A stretch of 63,912 nt of DNA, counting the filler, from Octopus bimaculoides (lineage: Eukaryota), in NCBI RefSeq assembly GCF_001194135.2. It is 11 parts of 10 records of this genome, joined end to end, with 100 filler letters (N's around TTAATTAATTAA, not from the genome) between each part and the next. Parts side by side here need not be neighbours in the genome. Positions count along the whole stretch, not along the records: positions 61,009 to 63,912 come from NC_068990.1; 10 more parts are not named here. One strand, 5' to 3'. The notes beneath the pieces were generated by a model. The model had not been told where the DNA came from, did not search any database, and saw only the letters and a list, made by a program, of their open reading frames with translations. Numbering within the stretch: position 1 is the first letter of the stretch; each line of letters begins with the position of its first letter. The translations under genes were made by a program, and so were the position numbers. Shown piece after piece: positions 62,051 to 63,912 of the stretch.

Positions 62051-63619
62051 AATTATGTATTTATATGTGCATGTGAATTTGTACATGTTTATATATTTTA
62101 ATGCACAAATGTATGTTTGTATTTACGATTGCCTTTGTGAATTTGTATATGTGTGCATGTGTGGTATGTAGCAGCTTACATTAGTTATAGTAATAGTCAC
62201 CAGTGCTACTAGTAAGGAATGTATACTTCACTATAAATTCTTGTCATGCTTTGTTCAATGAGTGGGCACATTTCAAAAGCTTATAATAGCTGCTGACCAA
62301 AGTGGAATTTGTCCAGAGGGGACACAGGATGAAGAATAAAACATGTTAGTGGAATTTTATGAGGAACCAAAAGTTGTTGTGGCAACTAACAACAATCTGA
62401 TGTATCTAAACGATAGCTAGATGGCGCAACTAAAGCATTGACTAAATTAATAAAGATAACCTAGTTGATAAGTCACATTGATATGCTACAAACAGAAACT
62501 AAATATGAGATATGATGAGATTAACATTGAGCTTCTGAATGGACGCTCAGCCTGCTAGAAACTTCAGTCAAATTTTCCTCGAATTACATCATATAGCCTT
62601 CTAAAAGAAGAATACATTGCATATGAGATTCTAGATACACTCTTATGAAAATGGTAGAACAATGAATAAATAAATAAAAAAATGGATAAATAAAATTTGG
62701 GATGGTCATATTTGGAAAAATCAAAGCTGACTTTTGACTTTTTTCAAATCTTTATCATTTACTTGTTTCAGTGGCCATGCCGGGACACTCTTTTGTAGGG
62801 TCTAGTCAGTACTTATTTTTTTAAAACCCGCTACTTATTCTATCAGTCCATTTTGTCAAACTGCTCAGTCATGCAGAAGTAAACAACTCAATACTGGCCG
62901 TCAGCCCATCTTGGAGACAAACACAGACACACACAGACACACAGACACGCACACACACACATGTACACACGCATACACACTCCCTCAAACACACACACAC
63001 ACACACACACATATTCACGGGGCTTCCACATAGTTTCCATCAACCAAATTCACTCACAAGCCATTAGTCGATACAAGGCTATAGTAGAAGACATTTTCCC
63101 AAGATTCCATGCTTAAGCAAGTATCTTCCCTTTTTCTTTTTCTTCTTTTTTTCATAAGTGCACATGACTGTGTAGATAAGAACTTTGTTTTACAAACATG
63201 TGGTTTTAGGTTCAGTCCCATGGCATGAGGTCTTGAACAACTTTTATTTACTATAGCCTTGAGTTGATCCCAATACCTTGGGAATGAAACTGGTAGACAA
63301 ATTGTGCAGAACACTGTTGTTAATGTTTCTATTGTCATGCATTTTATTCACATTTCAGTAACATCTTGTAAATCATCAAAAATTTTTTAAAAATGTAAGC
63401 AACTTATTCAATATATAGCAATATAGTATTGGGCGGTGAGTAAAAAATATGAAAGTAGTTTTTTTCCTTTTTTTTGGCAGAGAATTTCAGTTATTACAGG
63501 ATTTCATAAGACATGGTTCACTAAGAAATGGTATTAGAAAGAAAATCCCCTACATGATTAAATATTTATTCAAGAGATATAAATTGAAAAACTATATACA
63601 TATAATTACATACATACAC

Positions 63620-63912
63620 ATCATCATCGTTTAACGTCCGCTTTCCATGCTAGCATGGGTTGGACAATTTGACTGAGGACTGGTGAAACCGGATGGCAAC
63701 ACCAGGCTCCAATCAAATTTGGCAGAGTTTCTACAGCTGGATGCCCTTCCTAACGCCAACCACTAAGAGAGTGTAGTGGGTGCTTTTACGTGTCACCCGC
63801 ACGAAAACGGCCACGCTCGAAATGGTGTCTTTTATGTGCCACCCGCACAAGCCAGTCCAGGGGCACTGGCAACGATCTCACTTGAAAATCCTACGGGAGC
63901 CAGTCAGGCGGT
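63620..63912 (-). repeat. Young copy of the (CAT)n-tailed interspersed repeat, runs off the window
   Basis: catcatcatcgtttaacgtccgctttccatgctagcatggg...gatgcccttcctaacgccaacc; homologous to 19270-19560. Confidence 0.75.

Overview
AT-rich, microsatellite-dense, gap-ridden animal genomic scaffold. The SINE families and composition look like an octopus/cephalopod draft assembly (inference). Two host genes can be supported. (1) A complete 60S ribosomal protein L17 gene (RPL17/uL22) on the minus strand: six coding exons with GT-AG boundaries joining to 561 nt = 186 aa + stop, a probable short non-coding TOP-type exon 1 near 10.9 kb and an AATAAA just after the stop. (2) Head-to-head with it, the probable first coding exon of a MEK1/2-like MAP kinase kinase (MKKKPNLTLPP..., 14105-14172, +). 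I found no kinase-domain exon in the remaining ~50 kb, so that region is probably a very long intron. The rest is transposon debris: tRNA-derived SINEs, a TA-flanked MITE, mariner pieces, R4/Dong-like, R2/Hero-like, RTE and CR1-like LINE remnants, a deleted Gypsy element and Penelope-like fragments. The most notable unexplained structures are (a) several minimal hammerhead-ribozyme motifs, including twin intact cores in a 424-bp palindrome and a dispersed repeat family sharing an A6U core variant, and (b) a 220-bp CpG-rich satellite built from eleven diverged 20-bp subunits. Nearly all long ORFs in the supplied track are artefacts of N-gaps, microsatellites or antisense shadows. All folding and alignment here was done by eye; no activity or homology search was run.
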